Source of the DNA: an uncultured virus (IMG/VR IMGVR_UViG_3300023110_000026)
Lineage: Duplodnaviria; Heunggongvirae; Uroviricota; Caudoviricetes
Reading direction: 5' to 3' (one strand)
Virus record (IMG/VR): IMGVR_UViG_3300023110_000026
Length of the DNA: 64,000 nt
The translations under genes were made by a program, and so were the position numbers. The notes under the pieces were generated by a model, which was not told the origin of the DNA, made no database searches, and worked only from the letters and a program-made list of their open reading frames with translations. Of this stretch, positions 27,672 to 36,628 are shown piece after piece. Within the stretch, counting starts at the first letter, position 1, and every line of letters begins with the position of its first letter.

Positions 27672-28903
27672 TCAAAGTTATTGGCGACATAATGTTAGAT
27701 CGATGGATCTATGGTAATGCTGATCGTGTCAGTCCCGAGGCTCCGGTACCTGTATTAAAAGAAGAAAGTCAAGAATACAGTGTAGGTGGTGCAGGAAATT
27801 TAGCACTTAATCTTGCAAATTTAAATGTAGAACTAGACTTGTACTCAGCACTTTCTCAAGATAAAGAAGGGTTTAAAGTCTTAGAATTATTAAAAAATTA
27901 TACAACGTTAAGCAGTAATATTGTTCTTGATTCTAAAACAACTACAACAAAGACTCGTTTAGTTGGCCAAGGTGGACAACATATAATGAGATGGGATAGA
28001 GAAGAACATTACATTGGCGATTTAAAAAATAGAATAGATTACAATGAAGATTTTTATGTTATAAGCGATTATAATAAAGGTGTTATTGACTTAGAATTAA
28101 TGAGCAAATTAAAGAATAAAAAAGTTTTTGTTGATCCTAAGCAAATGCCACAAATGTATAAAGATGCATTTTTAGTTAAACCAAATATGTTTGAGTTTAG
28201 ATCATGGTTTGGAGATTTTTCAGTTTCAAAAGCAAGACAAAAATTAAATGATTTTTATTGGACTTGGTTAGTAGTGACTGACGGTGCTAACGGTGTTTAC
28301 GTTATCAACGAAACAGATGATTGGCATTTTAAAGAAGAAGTAAGAGAAGTGGCTGACGTCACGGGGGCAGGAGATACATTCCTAGCAGTGTTAGTGTATG
28401 CTTATGCTACAAAAAACATGACTATACCTGATGCTTGTAAACTAGCCTGTTATGCTAGTGCTAGGAATGTTGAAAAAAGAGGTGTGCATTTAGTTTCTTT
28501 TGAAGATTTAAATAGAGGAATTGTTTGGACAAACGGTGTATTTGATATACTACACCCTGGACATTTAGAGTTATTAAAATACTCAAAAAGTCTAGGAAGA
28601 AAACTTATTGTTGGTATTAATGATGATGAAAGTGTAAAAAGATTAAAAGGTCCTACAAGACCTATTAATAACTTTTTAATTAGAAAACGACAATTAGAAA
28701 TGCTACCATGGGTCGATGAAGTTGTTGTTTTTACTGAAGATACTCCGCAACAAATATTAGAAGATATTAGGCCTGATATTATTGTTAAAGGTGGGGACTA
28801 TACAACAGAAACAACAGTTGGACACGAACTTGCTGAAGTTAAAATTTTTCCAACTATTGAAGGTCACAGTACAACAGATATCATTGGAAGGATTAAAGAA
28901 TGA
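27668..28903 (+). CDS. hldE: Bifunctional heptose-7-phosphate kinase / heptose-1-phosphate nucleotidyltransferase
   Basis: GDIMLD, RVSPEAPVPV, GGAGN, SDYNKG, DVTGAGDT; TNGVFDILHPGH, VKGGDY, GHSTT. Confidence 0.93.
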   Translation: MIKVIGDIMLDRWIYGNADRVSPEAPVPVLKEESQEYSVGGAGNLALNLANLNVELDLYSALSQDKEGFKVLELLKNYTTLSSNIVLDSKTTTTKTRLVGQGGQHIMRWDREEHYIGDLKNRIDYNEDFYVISDYNKGVIDLELMSKLKNKKVFVDPKQMPQMYKDAFLVKPNMFEFRSWFGDFSVSKARQKLNDFYWTWLVVTDGANGVYVINETDDWHFKEEVREVADVTGAGDTFLAVLVYAYATKNMTIPDACKLACYASARNVEKRGVHLVSFEDLNRGIVWTNGVFDILHPGHLELLKYSKSLGRKLIVGINDDESVKRLKGPTRPINNFLIRKRQLEMLPWVDEVVVFTEDTPQQILEDIRPDIIVKGGDYTTETTVGHELAEVKIFPTIEGHSTTDIIGRIKE

Positions 28904-29391
28904 TTGTTGAAGCATATTTGCCTAACTGGAAAGACTACGAAGAGATTTATAATGAGTGGTCAAACAAATCTTCTGACAACTGGAAAACACAGTCAACAAC
29001 AGTAGGGTTTGATATTGGCCAACCTGGTATTCCTAATTCTTTTGATGTAAAACTAAAAGAAGATTATAATAAAGCAATACAACAAATTATTCCTAATTGG
29101 TCATTTGGAAAAATATTAAACATTTGGGGTGTTTATTATAGAGATTATGGATATCAAACTGTACATAGGCACAACCAAGACAGTGTAGCAACTATTCTTT
29201 ATTTTGATACACAACCTGAAGAAGATAAGTTGACAACACTTAATGGTTTATTTTATACTATACACGACGATCAACACAAAACAATTAAACCAGAACCAGG
29301 AAAATTATTATTAATTAATTGGGACGTTTGGCACGGAGTGTATCCTGCTAAAGAACCTAGAAGAAGTTTTATGGTGGATTTTGCTACATGA
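28900..29391 (+). CDS. Putative 2OG-Fe(II) oxygenase
   Basis: HRH...ILY, P..G.LL..W..WHGVYP...RRS motifs. Confidence 0.6.
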   Translation: MIVEAYLPNWKDYEEIYNEWSNKSSDNWKTQSTTVGFDIGQPGIPNSFDVKLKEDYNKAIQQIIPNWSFGKILNIWGVYYRDYGYQTVHRHNQDSVATILYFDTQPEEDKLTTLNGLFYTIHDDQHKTIKPEPGKLLLINWDVWHGVYPAKEPRRSFMVDFAT

Positions 29392-30218
29392 ATATTTTAA
29401 TTACAGGAAACGAAGGATTTATAGGACAAAACTTATCAACGTATTTGGTAAGTAAAGGACACACAGTAGAAGGATTTGAATGGAAAGGAGATGGTATTAT
29501 ACCTGACCCAAGTACATATGATTGGGTTATACACCTTGGCGCAATTAGTTCAACAACTGAAACAGATGTTGAAAAGATCATGAAACAAAATTACGAATTT
29601 ACAATGAATCTTTTACAAATTTGTGATAGAATGGGTGTTAATATACAACTTGCAAGTTCAGCAAGTGTGTATGGTCCTGGTTTAGACGGATTTAAAGAAG
29701 AGTCTAACTGTTTACCAAAAAGTCCATATGCTTGGACAAAGTATCTAATTGATCGTTGGTTAAAAGAAGCAGGAGTAAATGACTTTAATATGCTTGTACA
29801 AAGTTTTAGATACTTTAATGTTTACGGACCGCACGAAGATCATAAAGGCGACCAAGCAAGTCCTGTGCATAAATTTACACAGCAAGCCAAAGATAATAAA
29901 GTTATTAAATTATTTGAAAACAGTGACAAGTATGTAAGAGATTTTGTTTGTGTTAGCGATGTATGTCGAGTACATGAAGAAATGTTAACACAAGACACTA
30001 GTGGTATTTTTAATGTAGGCACAGGAACAACTACAAGTTTTAAAGAAGTTGCTGATGTAATTGCAAATAAGTGGGGAGCAAAAGTAGAAACTATTCCTAT
30101 GCCAGAAAATTTAAAAGGACAATATCAAGAATATACTTGTGCAGACTTGACAAATTTAAATAAACATTGTAAAATAAACGATTATATGACAGTAAAGGAA
30201 TATATTAATGCCTACTAA
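29388..30218 (+). CDS. hldD: ADP-L-glycero-D-manno-heptose 6-epimerase
   Basis: TG..GFIG, HLGAISSTTE, ASSASVYG, YAWTK, RYFNVYGPHEDHKG.QAS, RDFV, YQEYT.AD. Confidence 0.92.
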   Translation: MNILITGNEGFIGQNLSTYLVSKGHTVEGFEWKGDGIIPDPSTYDWVIHLGAISSTTETDVEKIMKQNYEFTMNLLQICDRMGVNIQLASSASVYGPGLDGFKEESNCLPKSPYAWTKYLIDRWLKEAGVNDFNMLVQSFRYFNVYGPHEDHKGDQASPVHKFTQQAKDNKVIKLFENSDKYVRDFVCVSDVCRVHEEMLTQDTSGIFNVGTGTTTSFKEVADVIANKWGAKVETIPMPENLKGQYQEYTCADLTNLNKHCKINDYMTVKEYINAY

Positions 30219-30600
30219 TGATGAAAATACACCAGAACGTTTAAACGGTAAAGTTGAAAAAGCGTGGGGGTATGAATTAATTTGGGCAACCAACGACAAG
30301 TATTGTGGCAAAATACTTTTCTTTGAAAAGAAAGGCTCTAAGTTTTCAATGCACTTTCATAAGGAAAAAGACGAAAGTTGGTTTGTTAATAATGGAAAAT
30401 TTCTTTTACGTTATATTGATCCACGCACTGCAACTATGCACACAAAAGAACTTAATCCCGGCGATGTTTGGAGAAACCCGCCATTATTGCCGCATCAATT
30501 AGAAGCATTAGAGGATAACAGTTCAATTACTGAAGTGAGTACTGCTGATAGTGTTGCTGACAACTATAGAATTTTACCAGGCGATTCGCAAACTACTTAG
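30208..30600 (+). CDS. Cupin-fold sugar isomerase-like protein
   Basis: KAWGYE, YCGK, SMHFH..KDE, PH, EVST motifs. Confidence 0.7.
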   Translation: MPTNDENTPERLNGKVEKAWGYELIWATNDKYCGKILFFEKKGSKFSMHFHKEKDESWFVNNGKFLLRYIDPRTATMHTKELNPGDVWRNPPLLPHQLEALEDNSSITEVSTADSVADNYRILPGDSQTT

Positions 30601-30718
30601 TTTTCTTTTTAATCCAACGATAGGCCGTATAGCCTAACAATAGTACAATAATAGTACCAATTCCATCTATCCAAGATGTTTCGTTCATTGCTCTGATTAG
30701 ATCTGCTGTAATTTCCAT
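30593..30718 (-). CDS. 41 aa single-pass membrane protein (below ORF-track cutoff)
   Basis: ATG overlaps upstream TAA; MEITADLIRAMNETSWIDGIGTIIVLLLGYTAYRWIKKKTK. Confidence 0.65.
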   Translation of the reverse strand: MEITADLIRAMNETSWIDGIGTIIVLLLGYTAYRWIKKKTK

Positions 30719-33700
30719 TATGCTTGTGCCTCTGACCAACGTAGAATAAGTTCGCCTGATACAGCACTACCTGATGTTTTATACACGTTAATTGCTAGTA
30801 CGTCTGGACCGTTCGGGAATGTACCTCTACCACCTAGTGTGGTATTAGTTAATTCTTTAATGAACGACAAGTCTAGTGTTGAACGCTCTCCAGGTCTAGC
30901 AACAAAACCAAATATTGTTTCACCTGGTTGTGCATACGGTGGTGCTGTAAAGTCAAATGTCACTGTTGTAGTACCTTTATTAATAGTACTACTATCTGTA
31001 CTTTGTGAGAATGAAACTGCATAATATTCCACGTTGTTCCATTCTTTTAGTTCAACTGTAGAAACAGATGTGTTAGCAGGAAAACGTGTTTCACTTGATG
31101 CTACTGATGTACCTTGTGTTGCGCCTGATGCTTCCCAAGTTGCTTTTGTAAAATACATTTCAGATGTTGGTGCATCTTTGAATGTATTTGTAATTGTAGT
31201 AGTGACTGCTGTATTTTGGCCAACTGTACCGCTTGGTCTTTGACTAATATCCAACCTAACACCATTTACATACTGTCCAGCGACATGGTCATATAAAAAG
31301 TCACCTGTATTAACTCTTGTAATCGTTGTACCTGCGGCAATATTTGTACCAGTAATTGGTTTACCAATTGAATCATTAATTGTCGCTTGATTTGCTAGAT
31401 AGTCAGTTTCTTTAATATACAGTGTTTGTCTTCTATCTGAAACTGATCTCCAATACGATTGGTTAGTATTATATTTTTGCCATACTTGAACGTTAAATGT
31501 AATTGGTGCCTGTGTTGTTGCTGTTGTTGTGACTGTTGAAGCGCCGCCGTTCCAGTTAACAGAACCACCCGGTGCAATCTGTGCGAAACTTGGCTGTCCA
31601 CCTTGTGCAACACCTGTTAGACCCTGCCAACCAATGTCATCTGGATTGACTGGATAGTTTTGCGGATTAAGCACACCTGCAACAACAATGTTTCCTGTTT
31701 GTCCACTAGCGTTTGGTTCTGTAGTAATTTCAAGACCTTCTAGTAGCAACTGTGCTCTGTTAATAAGTTCTCTTTCGCCCAAGTCACCTGTTAGTGCATT
31801 AGATACACTAGGTGCTAGTCTAATTAGGAAAGACGTAAATGGTGTTGTACTAAACTGTGTACCTGTGGAAGTATATGAGAATAAGAATCCTCTATCTGAA
31901 TCAAAACCACCGTCTGTAATAAACGAAGAACCCCAGTGTTGAATAATTGGCGTTGTAGTATTACTTGCTAGTACCATTCCTGTCTTAGCACTGTGCGAAT
32001 CCGCTGGGCCTGCTGTGTATGTTCTGGTTGCACCTGAAGCAAATTGCTGTAATGGTGCTTCACGTGTACACCCGATTAACGTGTTTCCGTCAATACTTGA
32101 ATATGTAATTAATTCGTTGTCAATGTATACTGTACCGCCATCTTCAGGAAAATCACTAGCATCTTCTAACTCAATACTTGTGTCACTAAAACTGATATTT
32201 GATTTTAGTTTACCAATAGCACTTTCGTTAATGACTTCATAACGCACAGGTTGGTTTCCTGTTCTCATATATGCTTCTGTGTTAATATTTGAATTACGCA
32301 TTCTATGAGCCATGATAAAATTACCATCACTGCCTCTAAACATATAATCAATAAATCCAGCACCATACCATGAGTATTGAATTCCAATCATCTGCATATA
32401 TGAAATATCTAAATCATAACCCGATTTGCCTGTTCCATCACACTTATCTCTATTCCAATGATCTTGTCTTGCTTTTTTATCAACAACTTTAGCCATCTTA
32501 GCACCACTAATATTGCTAATACCTCTATAGTCAGGCGATACGTTAATACTTGATTGATTGTTAACTTTTGTCACAACGTGAGTCATACCACGAATAACAA
32601 TTCTATCACCAACACTTAATTGGTCTTGAAATCTAGTATTTGTTCCTGTAATTTCGTTTTGATCTTTATATGCTGTACAAGTACCCGATAACTGGAAAGT
32701 AGCACTTCGTTGTACACAATACAAGTGTTTACCAGTGTATTCAAAGAAGATACCATTTTGATCATCATATGTTCCTGCTCTAACAACAGCACCGTGCCAT
32801 AATCTAGTTTGACACTGTGGATTATCTGTAAGTGTTGCAGTAGTATCACCTAAGATATATTTTGCTCTTACAGTAAAACTACGTTCGTCAATAACACTAT
32901 CTACAGCATACTGCCCGTTATATCCTGCTGTTTCAATACCTTTAATTCGAATAGTTGCTCCAACTTGTAGACCGTGATCTACATCATCTGTTGTGACTGT
33001 AATTGTACTATTAACCGCAGTTCCGTCTGCAGATGCATTTAAAATATCATAACTTGGTGCAAACAAAGCACCAGTTGTGTACATAATACCTTTACCTGAC
33101 TGGTATCTAATATATTTTTTACTTTGACGTATTGCCTGTGCGCCATGTACCGGTGAACCTGTTCCTAATTGTACACCACCGTCAAATGGTCTATGTACAA
33201 AGAATGCATCCGGTCTAGGATAAACTGTTCCTCGAATTGGGTTGTCATTATTTGTTCCAGTATCGATAGCACCAACCGACAGTGCTTGATACGAAATTTG
33301 ATCTAAAGCACTTACTGCCGTTGCAATAAATGATCCTGCCGCTAGGTAGTGATTGTTTCCTGTTCCATCAGTTAAATCATCTCCTGACTCAACACTAACA
33401 ATAAATGTTGAACCTGGTAGTAGACCATGAGGACTACCAAACGCAACACTAATTGTTGCTAGAGCATCAAAATCAACATCACTTCCTTGTGCTAGAGCAC
33501 CTGTTGTTGATTCAGACATCGAAATTGTACTATAAACACTTATTGTATCACCTGCTTTTGCGGAACCTGTTCCACTTGCTGTTGTAAAACCACCAGTACC
33601 GTCAACTGTATCAGCAGACACTATTAAATCATTTGCAGGAGACTCTCCACCTAAATTATTGCCTGCAATAGTAATTCTATTTCCAATCTTATAACCACTA

Positions 33701-36576
33701 CCAGGTGTGTTAATAGCACTAATAGTATAAACACCGTTGTTTCTATTAATGTCAAAACTTGCACCATTTCCTGCCGGAGCATCGTTAAATCCTTCTACGC
33801 TTGTAAATGATCCATTACCACTTACAGCACTACCACTTGCACTTACGTTAATAACGCCACCAATACTGTCAACACTTCCAGTGACTGTTAATGTTGCATC
33901 GTTAACGCCGTTTGTACCTCCAAGATCACTACCTTGAATTACAATTTCGTCATTAACTGCGTAATCTTGGCCAGCGTCAACTACTGTTGCACTGTAATTT
34001 CCGCCGCTTGTTGAAATATTAAATAGAGCACCGCTACCAACTAACAGTTCGTAGTTATTATTATCAACACTTTCATATGTTTGACTGTTTAAACCTGTAC
34101 CACTTTGTGAAAATGTTTGAATTGTTCCATTAACATCAACACTGTCAACTGTTAATGTTAAATCATTTGTAGGACTTGTACCACCTAATTGGTCACCTGA
34201 AATAACTAGTGTATCACTAACAGCAAAGTTTGAACCACCATCTTGTAAAGTGACAATGTATGTTGTTGCATCTTTTTGTACATCAATACCAGCAAGTGTT
34301 CCAGAACCTCCTGTTGTATAACTTAAACCTGTATAATTTACGTTTGCATCAGTTGCAGTACCACTAACACTAACTGTTAAAATATTACCAAAACTGTCAA
34401 CACTAGTCACAGTAATTAAACAGTCATGTGTTCCATCGAGGCCGCCAAGTACACTACCTCTTACATTGATTCTATCGTTTACAATAAAATCAGTAGAAGC
34501 ATTTGGACTAAAAATTTCAACACTGTAAGATCCACTAGTTTTTGTAATATTAAACTGTGCGTTAGTACCATTACCACCTTGTGTTGTACCGCCTAAGTTA
34601 TTATATGTAGCAACACCGTCAAAACCTGTTCCACTAGCAACAAAGTTAATAACAGCGCCTGGAGTATCTGAGTCAGTGACTCTAATTTCAATATCATGTG
34701 TTCCTGACTGGCCGCCAACACTACTTCCGTCAATTATAATATAGTCACCAATTTCATAACCACTACCAGGTTGATTTCCTACGACATTATAAGTTCCATT
34801 AGTTAATGTGACATCAAATGTTGCTCCAAGACCTTGTGGACTAACATTAAAACCTTCAACTCCAGTATAATCAATATTATCACCAGCATAGGTTTTTCGT
34901 GTTCCGTTTGCAAGGTTAACTTGTGTTCCTGCAATACTATTAATAAAGTTTGCTTGGCTGTCATCGTCTATGGCCATATTTTGTAAAAGACCAGTAGCAT
35001 CAGAAACCGTAATTGTTTGGCTTCCTTGCGGAGCATCTTCTGCAATCGTAAGTGTAAGTTCAGGATTACCACCATCACCAATAACACCTGTGACTTGCGT
35101 TCCTGTTGGAATAAATGCTGAGCCAACATCATCTAGAGGAGCACCTAGTTCTGGAACACTACCATAAAATGGCAATCTACTAGAACTAGTTGGTGTTGCT
35201 AGTGCTAGAGTAAATGTTCCTTGGCTACCGTTTGATGTGACTGTAAACGAAGGTGAATCAGAAATATTTGATCCTGTATAAAATCCGCCTTGTCTTAGTT
35301 GAATGTACGGAGTATACAGTGTTTCTGGATCAGTGACACCAACTTTTGCTTTTGCATAATATTCAAATGTACTATCAGATGGTACGCCTGTAATAATAAA
35401 CGAACCTTCTGCTCTGTTAAAACCTTTTACACTTGGTTCTAAACCTTTAATAGTAATTGGTTGTCCAATACTAAATCCATGATTACCTAGTGTTGTGACT
35501 GTAATTTTTGATTGACCAATTCCGCCTGTACCTGACGATACGTCTGAAGTCACGTTTGCAACAGTAGCATCAGTTCCTGGAACTTCATAAATTGAAGGAT
35601 AACCTCTTAGCATTCCAATCGCTTGCCATTTAGTAGGCTGTAGGCCATACTCAAAGTCAGCGTCAAGCATTGATAATGGATTAGCAACACGATTACGTTC
35701 AATAGCATCAGTACCAAAATCAAATGGTCTTGTAATTGTTTCTTGTTTATCTACAAAAATTTGAATGTTATCAGTTGATGCATTTCCTGTTGTATCTGCA
35801 TATAGTTGGATTGTTGTTAAGTAATCTGAAGTTTGTGTATAGTCATAATAATCATCATCGTGTTCAAAGTCTAACTGAGAAAAATCTCTTTCTCCATTAT
35901 CAAACTTTTTAAATTTTGTTTCGGCTAATAGGTTGGTATCAGTAAAGTTATATAATACTTTACCCCTTGTGACGTTTGAAATTAATAGAATATCTTCTAA
36001 ATTAACTTTTCCAAGTATCTTAATTCTTGTATATCCGTTATACTCTGTGTCTGGCAGTTGCCCTAGGCCACTAGTAATAACATTGATGATAATATCAGCA
36101 AGGACTCCAACAGCAGTTGAAGCATCTGCTTCGCCAGTTTCACCTGTTGTGACTTGTGGAACTGCTGATTGATACGGACTGCTTTGAACAGTTTTTGTAA
36201 GAATATTACTTTGAATTAATCCTTTTAAAAACGTATGTGTTTCAATTTCTGGAGTTCTAGAACCGTCTACTTGAGGAGTGTCGCCGTCCCAATATCTATT
36301 AGCAACATATACAGTTTCTTCATTACCGCCATAACGTAAATCGTTTTGATATGCATTGATTACGTATCCAACGTCTCTATCACACTTGGCTGAATCGTAA
36401 GTATATCCATTCCAATCACCCAATCCCTCTGCAACTTTTGCGGAAATAAAGGCTTTGACTTCTGCTTTCATAAAAGCAATGTTAGCATCAAATAATGTCC
36501 AAGCATTTGGATATTTGTTCCCTGCAAAGGATATACCTGGTGTAAATTTATATTCTGTAATTCGGGTTCTTGCCAT
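30718..36576 (-). CDS. 1952 aa virion structural protein (tail fibre/baseplate appendage)
   Basis: G/S/T-rich beta repeats, HG-containing modules and a YDSAKC.RD helical module; TAAATA at 36600..36605. Confidence 0.75.
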   Translation of the reverse strand: MARTRITEYKFTPGISFAGNKYPNAWTLFDANIAFMKAEVKAFISAKVAEGLGDWNGYTYDSAKCDRDVGYVINAYQNDLRYGGNEETVYVANRYWDGDTPQVDGSRTPEIETHTFLKGLIQSNILTKTVQSSPYQSAVPQVTTGETGEADASTAVGVLADIIINVITSGLGQLPDTEYNGYTRIKILGKVNLEDILLISNVTRGKVLYNFTDTNLLAETKFKKFDNGERDFSQLDFEHDDDYYDYTQTSDYLTTIQLYADTTGNASTDNIQIFVDKQETITRPFDFGTDAIERNRVANPLSMLDADFEYGLQPTKWQAIGMLRGYPSIYEVPGTDATVANVTSDVSSGTGGIGQSKITVTTLGNHGFSIGQPITIKGLEPSVKGFNRAEGSFIITGVPSDSTFEYYAKAKVGVTDPETLYTPYIQLRQGGFYTGSNISDSPSFTVTSNGSQGTFTLALATPTSSSRLPFYGSVPELGAPLDDVGSAFIPTGTQVTGVIGDGGNPELTLTIAEDAPQGSQTITVSDATGLLQNMAIDDDSQANFINSIAGTQVNLANGTRKTYAGDNIDYTGVEGFNVSPQGLGATFDVTLTNGTYNVVGNQPGSGYEIGDYIIIDGSSVGGQSGTHDIEIRVTDSDTPGAVINFVASGTGFDGVATYNNLGGTTQGGNGTNAQFNITKTSGSYSVEIFSPNASTDFIVNDRINVRGSVLGGLDGTHDCLITVTSVDSFGNILTVSVSGTATDANVNYTGLSYTTGGSGTLAGIDVQKDATTYIVTLQDGGSNFAVSDTLVISGDQLGGTSPTNDLTLTVDSVDVNGTIQTFSQSGTGLNSQTYESVDNNNYELLVGSGALFNISTSGGNYSATVVDAGQDYAVNDEIVIQGSDLGGTNGVNDATLTVTGSVDSIGGVINVSASGSAVSGNGSFTSVEGFNDAPAGNGASFDINRNNGVYTISAINTPGSGYKIGNRITIAGNNLGGESPANDLIVSADTVDGTGGFTTASGTGSAKAGDTISVYSTISMSESTTGALAQGSDVDFDALATISVAFGSPHGLLPGSTFIVSVESGDDLTDGTGNNHYLAAGSFIATAVSALDQISYQALSVGAIDTGTNNDNPIRGTVYPRPDAFFVHRPFDGGVQLGTGSPVHGAQAIRQSKKYIRYQSGKGIMYTTGALFAPSYDILNASADGTAVNSTITVTTDDVDHGLQVGATIRIKGIETAGYNGQYAVDSVIDERSFTVRAKYILGDTTATLTDNPQCQTRLWHGAVVRAGTYDDQNGIFFEYTGKHLYCVQRSATFQLSGTCTAYKDQNEITGTNTRFQDQLSVGDRIVIRGMTHVVTKVNNQSSINVSPDYRGISNISGAKMAKVVDKKARQDHWNRDKCDGTGKSGYDLDISYMQMIGIQYSWYGAGFIDYMFRGSDGNFIMAHRMRNSNINTEAYMRTGNQPVRYEVINESAIGKLKSNISFSDTSIELEDASDFPEDGGTVYIDNELITYSSIDGNTLIGCTREAPLQQFASGATRTYTAGPADSHSAKTGMVLASNTTTPIIQHWGSSFITDGGFDSDRGFLFSYTSTGTQFSTTPFTSFLIRLAPSVSNALTGDLGERELINRAQLLLEGLEITTEPNASGQTGNIVVAGVLNPQNYPVNPDDIGWQGLTGVAQGGQPSFAQIAPGGSVNWNGGASTVTTTATTQAPITFNVQVWQKYNTNQSYWRSVSDRRQTLYIKETDYLANQATINDSIGKPITGTNIAAGTTITRVNTGDFLYDHVAGQYVNGVRLDISQRPSGTVGQNTAVTTTITNTFKDAPTSEMYFTKATWEASGATQGTSVASSETRFPANTSVSTVELKEWNNVEYYAVSFSQSTDSSTINKGTTTVTFDFTAPPYAQPGETIFGFVARPGERSTLDLSFIKELTNTTLGGRGTFPNGPDVLAINVYKTSGSAVSGELILRWSEAQA
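33560..34850 (-). repeat. About five tandem ~85 aa repeats (G.GA.F.I....Y.....G..Y...D.I.I.G..LGG....D..ITV)
   Basis: Visible in the translation of 30718..36576; boundaries approximate. Confidence 0.7.
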
Positions 36577-36628
36577 GTGTTTTTCCTATTATCTTATACT
36601 ATTTACCTTTATTTTCCATCTTTAAGAA

